Virus record (IMG/VR): IMGVR_UViG_3300044940_000489
Location: 55,537 to 119,536 of that record
Strand: one strand, 5' to 3'
DNA from: a virus
DNA length: 64,000 bases
Below the pieces are notes generated by a model. The model searched no databases. It was not told the DNA's origin and saw nothing but the letters and a program-made list of their open reading frames with translations. The position numbers were made by a program, and so were the translations under genes. Of the stretch, positions 10,094 through 18,214 are shown in pieces; position 1 is the first letter of the stretch; the number at the start of each line of letters is the position of its first letter.

Positions 10094-10393
10094 CTATGCA
10101 GTAATGGTTAGCGCCTTTAGAATTAGCGTAATGAGAGTACCGGCACTGGCCGTTACGATTGCCACAAGGAGCTTGTTTTGAACTTTATTGCTTTCATTGA
10201 GCTGTTTAAGCTGGGCGGCGTAATTTTCTTCATTTGCCTCTAGCTGAACAACCCGTCCAGTAAGCCGGGTCAGGGCATCGGCTACCTTTTCATTAAGGCT
10301 ATCGTATCGGCGCTGCTGCTCTTCAAGCTTTCCGATCCTGAATTCAAGGAATCGGGCCTCAAGCTGCTCCAGCTTTTTAGTATCGTCAGACAT
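10094..10393 (-). CDS. Coiled-coil protein with C-terminal transmembrane helix
   Basis: Heptad-rich N-terminus and hydrophobic tail LLVAIVTASAGTLITLIL. Confidence 0.55.
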   Translation of the reverse strand: MSDDTKKLEQLEARFLEFRIGKLEEQQRRYDSLNEKVADALTRLTGRVVQLEANEENYAAQLKQLNESNKVQNKLLVAIVTASAGTLITLILKALTITA

Positions 10394-10434
10394 TTAAAAG
10401 TATCCCGTTTAAGTAGTCAGAATTACTTTTAAAT

Positions 10435-10452
10435 ATTAAGTTTTGGGCTTAA
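10435..10452 (-). promoter_or_regulatory. Candidate phage late promoter, copy 1 (TTAA-N6-AACTTAAT)
   Basis: The same spaced motif lies upstream of four structural genes (also 18215, 19197, 25444). Confidence 0.55.
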
Positions 10453-10462
10453 ATATTGGATT

Positions 10463-10648
10463 TTATTGATTTTTATTGGCATCCTGAAATGCCATATTTA
10501 TCTCATTTTCAATATACTTAAATAGTTCGGATAGTTCAGATTCCATGGCCTGGGCGGACTCTTCTGCCATTAGGTCAAGGATTTCGGTCTCATTGAAGTC
10601 AGTGGATTGGTCTGTTTGGGTATCCTCTTTTATTACTACTTTTGGCAT
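10463..10648 (-). CDS. Small acidic hypothetical protein
   Basis: Start re-called at MPKV behind an AGGGGG RBS. Confidence 0.45.
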   Translation of the reverse strand: MPKVVIKEDTQTDQSTDFNETEILDLMAEESAQAMESELSELFKYIENEINMAFQDANKNQ

Positions 10649-10794
10649 ATTGGAAGTGCCCCCTATGCAATAAATATAGCAAAGGCACCCAAATAAATCC
10701 ATAGAAATTGACCGTCTGGATCAAAATAAGACATCATAGCTGAAAACCATCATAATAAGTAGCAATATAGCTATAATGAATTGAAATATCCCCA

Positions 10795-11115
10795 TTATTG
10801 ACCCAATTTCATTGCGGCACTCTCAAGATTATCTAGGATTCCGCTATTGATTAGAGCCTCGGCTTTAAACGGCCCAGCTACAAAATTACCGGAAAGTCTT
10901 CGCCCTTCTTCAAAAATACTGGTAGTGGGTACCGTCTTGTTAATAGATATTTCTACTAAAAAGCTGGAATCGGGGCTTAACTTCTCGCTCGAAGTGAAGA
11001 CTTGGATTTTAATATCATTGCGCTCTCTAATCCAGAGAAATCCCTTCTCATTTTCTGAAGCTACATCATACTTATTGAATTCTTTGAACATTAAGTAATC
11101 ATTTATATTCTTCAT
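10795..11115 (-). CDS. Hypothetical protein
   Basis: Start re-called at ATG 11115 (ATGA overlap with the upstream gene). Confidence 0.55.
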   Translation of the reverse strand: MKNINDYLMFKEFNKYDVASENEKGFLWIRERNDIKIQVFTSSEKLSPDSSFLVEISINKTVPTTSIFEEGRRLSGNFVAGPFKAEALINSGILDNLESAAMKLGQ

Positions 11116-11405
11116 TCTAGCGCAATCCTTTCGGTGGGGTCGTCCCACTGCGTTGCCCATAATTTTATAGACATAGACTCATTTTCTGACATTTTATTTT
11201 TTAAGAGCCATACAGCCGGAAGCTGCACAGCATCTTCCTCCTGTATCAGCCCCCTATTTCTGGTATATCTTTCTTCCCAAATCCAATATCCAGAAAATGT
11301 CATGAAATAATCAATAATTCTGCCATCGTCTTCTGTCCAGCTTACGAATTGAACGACATCGTCTTTAACAACAATTTCTACTCGCTCTTCCCATCCTGGC
11401 GCCAT
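11112..11405 (-). CDS. Hypothetical Trp-rich protein
   Basis: Overlapping chain of small co-oriented ORFs. Confidence 0.55.
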   Translation of the reverse strand: MAPGWEERVEIVVKDDVVQFVSWTEDDGRIIDYFMTFSGYWIWEERYTRNRGLIQEEDAVQLPAVWLLKNKMSENESMSIKLWATQWDDPTERIALE

Positions 11406-11608
11406 ACTTCAGTCTCCGGTAATCTTTCTAAATTGATAGTTGATATAAGAACCATCTTATCCCATTTCTTTATGTAAAGCGACTGTGATTCTGAAATATC
11501 TATATCAACCAAAATGCCTGCTTGCGGAGGAACAAGTCTTGTATAGTGCAGGTCATTAACTGCCAGTGCGACACCGTGCTTTTCGTCATTATAGTAATAG
11601 ACCTTCAT
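11378..11608 (-). CDS. Hypothetical protein
   Basis: ATGA-coupled small ORF. Confidence 0.55.
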   Translation of the reverse strand: MKVYYYNDEKHGVALAVNDLHYTRLVPPQAGILVDIDISESQSLYIKKWDKMVLISTINLERLPETEVWRQDGKSE

Positions 11609-11832
11609 ATTAAGCGTCCTGGATATTTTTGGCCATTTTGGTCCTCAATAATCTCATGCCATTTTGGAATTTGATGATTTTTTGCAGCCGCCTGAACGGC
11701 AGCAATCATATATCTCTCAAGATGGGACGCTTGAGAAAGTATTGCTTCTTTAAGCTTTGGCTCAATAGTCTCTGATGAGTTTATGAGCATAACTATATTG
11801 GCGGTTCCATTAAACTCTAAGGGGATTTTCAT
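11605..11832 (-). CDS. Hypothetical protein
   Basis: ATGA-coupled small ORF. Confidence 0.55.
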   Translation of the reverse strand: MKIPLEFNGTANIVMLINSSETIEPKLKEAILSQASHLERYMIAAVQAAAKNHQIPKWHEIIEDQNGQKYPGRLI

Positions 11833-12113
11833 TTCGTCATCCCCTTAATCTTACTTTCCACTTTAAGGCCAATCTCGTGGCAAAAAGCGGTTAGATCCGA
11901 TTCCGACGCATTGATAGAAATATAATTTCTTTTGTGTGCATCCAATATAGTTTCTGCACAGGCCGCTTTTGCTGCCGAGCCGGAAATAGCTACGGCTACG
12001 GTCATATTATTAAATAACGAGAATCGATCATTCTGAATGGCTGGTTCTTTTTTGTTAAGAATATATGTCATGGCACTAAAAAAAGTGACGATTGCAAATA
12101 CTACGTATTTCAT
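11829..12113 (-). CDS. Hypothetical protein with N-terminal membrane anchor
   Basis: AAGGAG RBS; hydrophobic N-terminus. Confidence 0.6.
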   Translation of the reverse strand: MKYVVFAIVTFFSAMTYILNKKEPAIQNDRFSLFNNMTVAVAISGSAAKAACAETILDAHKRNYISINASESDLTAFCHEIGLKVESKIKGMTK

Positions 12114-12125
12114 TTATAGCTCCTT

Positions 12126-12170
12126 CTGACATACTACCCCGCCTAAAGGCATGGGGTTTTTGGTTCTATC
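12126..12170 (-). mobile_element. 45-bp single-hairpin non-autonomous IS200/IS605 derivative (PATE-like)
   Basis: Minus strand reads TTAT|GATAGAACCAAAAACCCCATGCCTTTAGGCGGGGTAGTATGTCAG. It has the same left terminus, TTTA-loop hairpin and TGTCAG right terminus as the elements at 56326 and 57793, and the same left end as 63642. Confidence 0.8.
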
Positions 12171-12199
12171 ATAATACCAATAAAAAAACTAGTGGTCAA
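12171..12199 (-). promoter_or_regulatory. Sigma70-type promoter TTGACC-17-TATTAT with extended -10 TG
   Basis: Read on the minus strand upstream of the 12113 operon. Confidence 0.7.
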
Positions 12200-12283
12200 G
12201 GTTTATTCTTTTGCGTATTATTTTGATTCTATTTATTGCTTTTGGCGAAAAACTGCATAATAATGTGTTTATACGGAGGTATT

Positions 12284-12514
12284 ATGATTCAATTCATTAT
12301 AGACAAGCCACTGGCATTTATTGGAATAGTTATCTTGATCTGGGCCCTTATTAATATCTTTTACTTGTACTTTGCAAATAAAAAGACTGACGGAGGCGCA
12401 TCTTCGCTTATTAATAGATATATGACCTATAAGCTATTTAAAAGATACAATTCCAGGCAGTACGAGGAAATGACCAGAGATCTAAATACCAGAAAGTCTT
12501 ATGAAGAAGCGTAA
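12284..12514 (+). CDS. Small membrane protein leading into the QL mini-gene array
   Basis: GGAGGT RBS before ATG 12284; one TM helix; ends KSYEEA like the array units. Confidence 0.6.
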   Translation: MIQFIIDKPLAFIGIVILIWALINIFYLYFANKKTDGGASSLINRYMTYKLFKRYNSRQYEEMTRDLNTRKSYEEA

Positions 12515-12674
12515 GCAGATTAATGGATATTTGAGGAATCAGTTGACAAATCAGCTGTGGTATCGGTTGGGTGGACAGCTTTGGGGACAGTTGGGGAGGC
12601 AGTTGTGGGATCAGTTGTGGGATGAGTTAGGGCAGCCCCTTTATAGGGGCATTAAATATTATGAAGAAACGTAA
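12501..12674 (+). CDS. QLxx-repeat mini-protein 1 (57 aa)
   Basis: Hand-translated, not in the ORF track: MKKRKQINGYLRNQLTNQLWYRLGGQLWGQLGRQLWDQLWDELGQPLYRGIKYYEET. Confidence 0.65.
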   Translation: MKKRKQINGYLRNQLTNQLWYRLGGQLWGQLGRQLWDQLWDELGQPLYRGIKYYEET

Positions 12675-12774
12675 ACATGTTAATGGGCAGTTGTGGGATC
12701 AGTTGGGGAGTCAGTTTGGGGAGCAGTTGAGGTATCGGCTTTATAAAGGCATTAAGTATTATGAAGAAGCGTAG
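12661..12774 (+). CDS. QLxx-repeat mini-protein 2 (37 aa)
   Basis: Hand-translated: MKKRKHVNGQLWDQLGSQFGEQLRYRLYKGIKYYEEA. Confidence 0.65.
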   Translation: MKKRKHVNGQLWDQLGSQFGEQLRYRLYKGIKYYEEA

Positions 12775-12928
12775 GCATTTGAGGGATCGGTTGTGGTATC
12801 AGTTGAGGGATCAGTTGGGGGATCGGTTAGGTGGTCAGTTGTGGGGACAGTTGTGGGATCAGTTGCAGGTGCCGTTTTTGGGACAGTTGATGAATCAGCT
12901 TTATAAAGGTATTAAGTCTTATGAATAA
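12761..12928 (+). CDS. QLxx-repeat mini-protein 3 (55 aa)
   Basis: Hand-translated: MKKRRHLRDRLWYQLRDQLGDRLGGQLWGQLWDQLQVPFLGQLMNQLYKGIKSYE. Confidence 0.65.
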   Translation: MKKRRHLRDRLWYQLRDQLGDRLGGQLWGQLWDQLQVPFLGQLMNQLYKGIKSYE

Positions 12929-13106
12929 GCGTAGGCAGTTGAGGGATCGGTTGAGGGATCAGTTGAGGGATCGGTTGGGGGATCAGTTAGGTGTTCACTT
13001 GTGGGGACAGCTGTGGCATCAGTTGGGTGGACAGCTTTGGGGACAGTTTGGGGAGCAGTTGAGGCATCGGCTTTATAAAGGCATTAAGTATTATGAAGAA
13101 ACGTAA
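12921..13106 (+). CDS. QLxx-repeat mini-protein 4 (61 aa)
   Basis: ORF track; same MxKR...LYKGIKYYEET frame. Confidence 0.7.
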   Translation: MNKRRQLRDRLRDQLRDRLGDQLGVHLWGQLWHQLGGQLWGQFGEQLRHRLYKGIKYYEET

Positions 13107-13302
13107 GAAGATTGTTGGGCGGTTGGAGGATCAGTTGGGGTATCAGTTGGGGGATCAGTTGAGGGATCAGTTGTTGTCTCAGTTGAGGGATCAGTTGCGG
13201 AATCAGTTGTGGGGTCAGTTGGGGAATCAGTTGTGGCCTCAGTTGTGGGATCAGTTGAAGTATCGGCTTTATAAAGGCATTAAGTATTATGAAGAAACGT
13301 AA
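13093..13302 (+). CDS. QLxx-repeat mini-protein 5 (69 aa)
   Basis: ORF track; same architecture. Confidence 0.7.
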   Translation: MKKRKKIVGRLEDQLGYQLGDQLRDQLLSQLRDQLRNQLWGQLGNQLWPQLWDQLKYRLYKGIKYYEET

Positions 13303-13555
13303 GCCAATTAATAAGCATTTGGCGAATCAGCTGTGGGATCAGTTGGGGGATCAGTTGGGGGATCAGTTGAGGGATCAGTTGTTGTCTCAGTTGAGGGATC
13401 AGTTGCGGAATCAGTTGTGGGGTCAGTTGGGGAATCAGTTGTGGGATCAGTTGGGGGATCAGTTGGGTGGACAGCTTTGGGGACAGTTGGGGGATCAGTT
13501 GCGGGGTCGCCTTTATAAAGACATTAAGAATTATGCAGAAGCGTCAAGCAATTAG
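13289..13555 (+). CDS. QLxx-repeat mini-protein 6 (88 aa)
   Basis: ORF track; same architecture with a degenerate last junction. Confidence 0.7.
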   Translation: MKKRKPINKHLANQLWDQLGDQLGDQLRDQLLSQLRDQLRNQLWGQLGNQLWDQLGDQLGGQLWGQLGDQLRGRLYKDIKNYAEASSN

Positions 13556-13625
13556 TCAACATCCATATAAATAATACAGACCAATAAAGAATTGACAAAT
13601 ACAAAAAAATTAGTATTCTATACTT

Positions 13626-13734
13626 GTTAGCGCATGTTCTTTCCATGCGTCTAACTGGGCAAAAGGGACAAGGAAGATGGGGGGCCTACGGAAGGGCCAT
13701 TTTATACCCGGCACATGATGTGACCGGTTTTTTT
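13626..13734 (+). ncRNA. Candidate ~110-nt structured small RNA
   Basis: TTGACA (13592)-16-TATTCT upstream; 5' hairpin GTTAG-CGCATG/CATGCG-t-CTAAC; ends in a CCGG-CACA/TGTG-a-CCGG stem plus T7. Confidence 0.5.
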
Positions 13735-13772
13735 ATTGCCTAAATATCGTTTTTATGGCATACTTATAGCAC

Positions 13773-15371
13773 ATGAAGCACGACCCAAAAATCTTTATTC
13801 CCAAAATCAAAGAGCTTGCAGGTCAGGGCCTAACGACCATGGCAATCGCCAATGCACTAAAAGAAACTTTTGAAAACGCGCCAACAAGAATGACAATAGC
13901 CTCTTGGGTTAAGAAGTTTAATATTCCAGTTAGGACTAAAGAAGACCATGACAAGCAAAGATATAATGAGGTACTCGAACTTCTGAAGAATGGTGTCAGG
14001 ACTAATGAAATTAGAGAGCGCGGATATAGCCACGAACTTATAGCCAAGGTGTCCAGGGAGCAGAAGCTTGAGAGGCCAGGGCGCGCAGAGGCAGCCGAGG
14101 AGCGAGCGCTTAGCAAAGAGGAAGTGCTTGAGCGATTGCCTAAAGACCAGAAGTATGAGTACTTGGGCAGGGAATACGGTAAGTACAAGATCATGGCTGA
14201 AGATGGCACCGTGTTTTATAAGAGTGCCACTCGACTTCATCAGGGGCAGCCGAAGCAGGTGCGAAGTGCCAGTGCTTTTGCAAAAAAGCTTTTTAATCAA
14301 ACTGGGAAGACATTGGTCGATGAAAGTTTTACTGGTGTAAAGAACCAAGCCTCGGCAATATGTCCAAGCGGCAAGCATATTATTACGTATGCAATGGCTG
14401 AGGGCGCTCTGCAAAATTACAATTGTCCACATTGCAACAATACAGGCATTTCTCGGGCTGAGCGAGAGCTGTCTGCATGGATAGAATCTTTTGGATTAGT
14501 TACAGAGAGGTATAAAATACCTAAAGAAGAAATATCTCCTGGTAAGCATAAGGAGATTGACATATACATACCATCCATGAAGATAGGCATCGAGTACTGT
14601 GGCCTATACTATCACTCAGAAAAGCCCAGAGCCGATAAGGTAGGTGATCTGGAGTACTTGTCATATTTAAATGAAATAAAAAACAAGCACAACACAAAGA
14701 GACTGCTGTGCCAGAAAAATGGGATAAGACTTATAACGGTTTTTGAAGATGAATGGATATCCAGGCAGGATCAGGTTAAGGGCTACCTAAAGTCTGTATT
14801 TGGGGTCAATAGCGAGAAGGTAGATGCCAGGAAATGCACAGTGGAGCTATTGGACACGAAGGTAGCAAATAGATTCATAGACGAATACCATATACAAGGA
14901 TCTGCTTCGACAACAGTTGAAGCGGCTTTTGGACTTAAGATCAATGACAAGATTGTTGGAGTTATAACTGGCAACAGGCACCATAGATCTTTGGGGTCCG
15001 GCACGCTAGTACTTGGGCGTTTATGCTTTTTATCCGGCGTGAGCGTGCGCGGAGGATCGTCAAGGCTGCTGTCTGCCCTTATCAAATGGGGACAAGATAA
15101 TGGGTACGGCAAGATCGTCTCATGGTCTGACAATAGATGGTCAGAGGGCAGAGTATACGAGGCTTTAGGATTTGAATTAGAGGACGAAAGTGGTCCAGAT
15201 TATAGTTACGTTAGGGCTGGCGTGAGGGATCGTAGATTCGCCAAACAGTCACTCAAGAAGACTGCTGAAGAACGGAATGGGAACCAGACTGAGCGAGAGC
15301 TTAGGATGTCGCAGGGATATTTTAGAATATGGGACTGCGGCAAGAAGCGCTGGGCTATTCGCATAAAATAA
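13773..15371 (+). CDS. Free-standing Hef/DUF559-like homing endonuclease with C-terminal GNAT-like domain
   Basis: N-terminal HTH-like region, CPHC, S.AE.EL...EIDIYIPSMKIGIEYCGLYYH, LITVFEDEW, ARKC...GGSSRLL...G.VY..LGF...IWDCG; antisense to the capsid gene. Confidence 0.75.
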   Translation: MKHDPKIFIPKIKELAGQGLTTMAIANALKETFENAPTRMTIASWVKKFNIPVRTKEDHDKQRYNEVLELLKNGVRTNEIRERGYSHELIAKVSREQKLERPGRAEAAEERALSKEEVLERLPKDQKYEYLGREYGKYKIMAEDGTVFYKSATRLHQGQPKQVRSASAFAKKLFNQTGKTLVDESFTGVKNQASAICPSGKHIITYAMAEGALQNYNCPHCNNTGISRAERELSAWIESFGLVTERYKIPKEEISPGKHKEIDIYIPSMKIGIEYCGLYYHSEKPRADKVGDLEYLSYLNEIKNKHNTKRLLCQKNGIRLITVFEDEWISRQDQVKGYLKSVFGVNSEKVDARKCTVELLDTKVANRFIDEYHIQGSASTTVEAAFGLKINDKIVGVITGNRHHRSLGSGTLVLGRLCFLSGVSVRGGSSRLLSALIKWGQDNGYGKIVSWSDNRWSEGRVYEALGFELEDESGPDYSYVRAGVRDRRFAKQSLKKTAEERNGNQTERELRMSQGYFRIWDCGKKRWAIRIK

Positions 15372-15398
15372 AAAAGCCAGGATTTCTCCTGGCTTTCT
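15371..15398. terminator. Intrinsic terminator between the convergent endonuclease and capsid genes
   Basis: AAAGCCAGGA-TTTC-TCCTGGCTTT; the longer U-tract is on the minus (capsid) strand. Confidence 0.8.
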
Positions 15399-15426
15399 AT
15401 TATACCGATCTTGCGATCAATATTAA

Positions 15427-16818
15427 TTAGGGGAGTACGTTGTCAACAAGGATGCTGAAGCGTGGCAACTTAGCAACCACACAAGCAAAGCGGAAGAACG
15501 CTTTAGGCTTGCTAAGGTCGGTCATTGCAAGCTCAACAGACTTGTAAGGAGACAACTCGTGAATCTCGATTCCTCGCATATCAAGAGCGAATGCAGTGAT
15601 ACCTTGGCTCAATCGGTTGTTCAAGTCGATGAAGGATACTGCAGACAAAGCATTAGCCTTGATTCGTCCAACCAATGATTTGCGAGTTCCGCCGGCAGCT
15701 GTGCGGTACACGTTAAAGTAACGCGCAACGACGCCAGAAGCAGGAGTGATTGTCAGAGTCACTTGGTTACCGGCTGCAGCGATAGTAACTGCTAGGTCAG
15801 CAGAAGCTGGGCTTTCGCCAAGATCACCGACTGCAGAAACTGAATAAGTGTAGACTTCAGCTGCAGCAAAGCTAGTGCTTCCAGCAGACTGTGCAGCAGC
15901 TACAGTTGGAGCGCCAGGAGTGCCAACGCGAGCGCGTGCAGGAGCAGTCTTAGCAGACAAGAACCGGCTAGATTCCAAAGCGATAGCTCCACCAGCCACG
16001 AATTGCTCTTTCAAAGAAGCGCCAGTGGCGTTTTGAGGAGAGCCCGCAAGAACAATGCGCTCTTTGTTGAAGGCGATCTTGTTGTATGCAGAGTGTGTCA
16101 ATGGATCAAGATACAGCTTCTCAGGAGCACCGTGGTTCATTTGAGCACGTGCATAAACGTCTTCGATTGTAGACTGTGACAGAACTCCACCTTGGTTAAT
16201 GGCTACAGAACCGTCAGCTCCGTATTCATTAAACATAAGATCTTGAGTGCTGGTTTCAGAATCAGAAACTCGGATTTGAGGATCAAGACCCATCATTCCT
16301 GGCTCGTCTGCAGACATAGCAAGAGGGTTTCCATCAAAAAGACCAGCGTTAGAGTACATAGCTTTGCCACGGAAAAGGTGGAATTCGATGTCTCCAGCGA
16401 TCTTAAGAGCAGCGTCAGCTTCAACGCGATCTTCAGCTTTTACGCCGTCGAAGGCTTGAATCATGTTAGCTTGCATAGTGAATCGGCGGACATGCACATA
16501 GTACGCCATAGGGACTACAGCACGTACGAATGAGCTTGTCTCTTCTTGTCCAACTGCACCTTCTAGTACAGCTGATCCACCGAATATACCGTAGTCAAGC
16601 TGACGGTTGTACTGGACAAGCGTTCCTTTAGCGGGAACAACTTTTAGCTGCTTTTGCAGTTTAATTTTGCTGTCATCAAATGTTGCAACATTCATGACAG
16701 GGCTCAGGTCTTCCATCTGAAGAGCGGAACCTTGAGTAAGAGCACCAGGAGCAGCGTTGTATCCGCCCGCTTCAAGCGCCTTTTTTAGTTCTTCTAATTT
16801 TTGAATTTCTGTAGACAC
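15427..16818 (-). CDS. Major capsid protein
   Basis: Follows protease and scaffold; N-terminal LKKAL.AG...G.ALQ.EDL resembles Twort/SPO1-like capsid proteins; Ig/FN3-like insertion (YTYSVSAV...YFNVYR); AAGGAG RBS with GTG start. Confidence 0.85.
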   Translation of the reverse strand: MSTEIQKLEELKKALEAGGYNAAPGALTQGSALQMEDLSPVMNVATFDDSKIKLQKQLKVVPAKGTLVQYNRQLDYGIFGGSAVLEGAVGQEETSSFVRAVVPMAYYVHVRRFTMQANMIQAFDGVKAEDRVEADAALKIAGDIEFHLFRGKAMYSNAGLFDGNPLAMSADEPGMMGLDPQIRVSDSETSTQDLMFNEYGADGSVAINQGGVLSQSTIEDVYARAQMNHGAPEKLYLDPLTHSAYNKIAFNKERIVLAGSPQNATGASLKEQFVAGGAIALESSRFLSAKTAPARARVGTPGAPTVAAAQSAGSTSFAAAEVYTYSVSAVGDLGESPASADLAVTIAAAGNQVTLTITPASGVVARYFNVYRTAAGGTRKSLVGRIKANALSAVSFIDLNNRLSQGITAFALDMRGIEIHELSPYKSVELAMTDLSKPKAFFRFACVVAKLPRFSILVDNVLP

Positions 16819-16830
16819 AGCACTTCTCCT

Positions 16831-17646
16831 TTATTGGCTTACTATTTTAAGAACTTGTGAATTACGTTTTTTTGTTGCAAAGTAATCAAGCATGGCTTCT
16901 CTTTCAGACTTGCTCAATACAGCCATCTTCTTTGGATCGGCTGATACTTTAACAAGCTTTTCGTGAAGCTCGGCGTCGGTAATTTCCTCATTTTTCTTAA
17001 GAGGAGCGTCGTCGCCTTTCTTGACATAATCGACTGCGTCGATGTTTGTGATAGCTTTACTTACTGGACGTGAAGCCATTTTTTCAATGATTTCACTCAT
17101 AAGCTTGATAGACTCCTTAGCTTCAGCCAATTCTTTTTCGGCCTTAGCTAGGCGACCATCTTCTCGCTTTTCAGACATCGCTAGCGGAGCCGGCTTGTCT
17201 TTGGAAGCTTCTTCTTTGGCTGGGGCCATTTCAGGAGCTTCTTCAGCTTTCGGACTGCGTTCTGACATTTCCGCTTCAATCGCTGCCTTAAGAGACGCAA
17301 GCATTTCATCGTCAAGATCCTTTACCATTTCTTCTAAAGATGCTTCCTCTTGCTCAGCTTCTGCTGGAGCTTTAGGTGCATCTTCTTCGGCTTCTGGTGC
17401 TTGGTTTTCGTATGAAGAATGTTCTTCATCCGCCTTCGCAACGGCTGATTGTTCCATTTCCTCTTTGGATTCTTCCTTAGATTCTTCGGATTCTACAGCC
17501 GATTTTTCTTTTTTGGACTCTTCTTTGCTTTCTTCCTTAGACTCTTCAGCTTTTTTTAGGCTAGCTTCTTCGGATTTTAGCAATTTGTCCAGATCTTTTG
17601 AAACTTCTGCGAGAAGTTTCTCCAGATCGTATTTTTCTGCTGACAT
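16831..17646 (-). CDS. Putative capsid scaffolding protein
   Basis: E/K/A-rich low-complexity coiled coil just upstream of the capsid gene; start re-called behind AAGGAG. Confidence 0.7.
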   Translation of the reverse strand: MSAEKYDLEKLLAEVSKDLDKLLKSEEASLKKAEESKEESKEESKKEKSAVESEESKEESKEEMEQSAVAKADEEHSSYENQAPEAEEDAPKAPAEAEQEEASLEEMVKDLDDEMLASLKAAIEAEMSERSPKAEEAPEMAPAKEEASKDKPAPLAMSEKREDGRLAKAEKELAEAKESIKLMSEIIEKMASRPVSKAITNIDAVDYVKKGDDAPLKKNEEITDAELHEKLVKVSADPKKMAVLSKSEREAMLDYFATKKRNSQVLKIVSQ

Positions 17647-17679
17647 GTGCCAACTCCTTTCTGGTTGAATATATTCCAA

Positions 17680-18165
17680 TTATTGTCCAGAAAGTGGCCA
17701 CTGAAGGTCAGGCTCGATTCGGTCAATCAAAACGCAAGTAGAGCTTGTGTTAACAGTTCCGTCAGCCAAGAACAAAGAAAGAGCTGGCTCAACAGCTAGG
17801 TCTGTGAGGTACAGCTCAACTTTAATTCCTAGGCGGAACAGCTCATTCAAAATTCTAGCTTGATTTGAAGCAGTAAGCTGAGAAGCGATTGGCGTAGCGC
17901 TATCTCCTTCAGAGATCATCTGAGCGACCATTGGAGTGTACACTTTTTGTGCTCCACCAACAATGTCGGAAAACTGTGTACCCTGAGCTACGATGCGGAT
18001 AACAGCTTTTTGTTCAGTAGACGACCATGAAGAATCCTGTTGGATTTCCAAGCGAGCACCAGCGGCATCAACCGAGTCACGGACGATGTATCCAGCAGGC
18101 ATGCGCTTTGAAAGTCGGTCTTTCAAAGAACGAACTAGGCTTTGCGATTTTGCTATAGCAGACAT
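17680..18165 (-). CDS. Putative head structural protein
   Basis: AAGGAG RBS; lies between protease and scaffold. Confidence 0.55.
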   Translation of the reverse strand: MSAIAKSQSLVRSLKDRLSKRMPAGYIVRDSVDAAGARLEIQQDSSWSSTEQKAVIRIVAQGTQFSDIVGGAQKVYTPMVAQMISEGDSATPIASQLTASNQARILNELFRLGIKVELYLTDLAVEPALSLFLADGTVNTSSTCVLIDRIEPDLQWPLSGQ

Positions 18166-18214
18166 TTAATTACTCCTTGCGGGTGTGTATGTATTGGAAT
18201 AATACCGGATTATT

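Larger units (their letters stand above)
12495..13545 (+). repeat. Nested tandem repeat: conserved ~37-bp junctions separated by variable numbers of 12-bp G-rich units
   Basis: Junction consensus CTTTATAAAGGCATTAAGTATTATGAAGAA(A/G)CGTA(A/G)G; ATGs at 12501, 12661, 12761, 12921, 13093, 13289, 13533; inner unit approximately GATCAGTTG(TGG/GGG/AGG). Confidence 0.95.

Noticed and set aside
10660-10795. Possible frameshifted two-TM mini-gene (MGIFQFIIAILL... / ...FDPDGQFLWIYLGAF)
   Set aside because: Too short to distinguish a pseudogene, sequencing error or chance hydrophobic frames.
13333-13518. GSV-repeat ORF
   Set aside because: Alternate-frame shadow of QL unit 6, lacking the conserved start junction.
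12495-13545. CRISPR array interpretation of the 37-bp junction repeats
   Set aside because: The intervening sequences are 60-200 bp, made of mutually similar 12-bp units and frame-preserving. No cas genes are in the window.
12495-13545. Diversity-generating retroelement template/variable repeats
   Set aside because: No reverse transcriptase in the window, and the differences are not adenine-specific.
17042-17668. Long Ser-rich antisense ORFs (also 44949-45563 and similar)
   Set aside because: Antisense shadows of well-supported genes.
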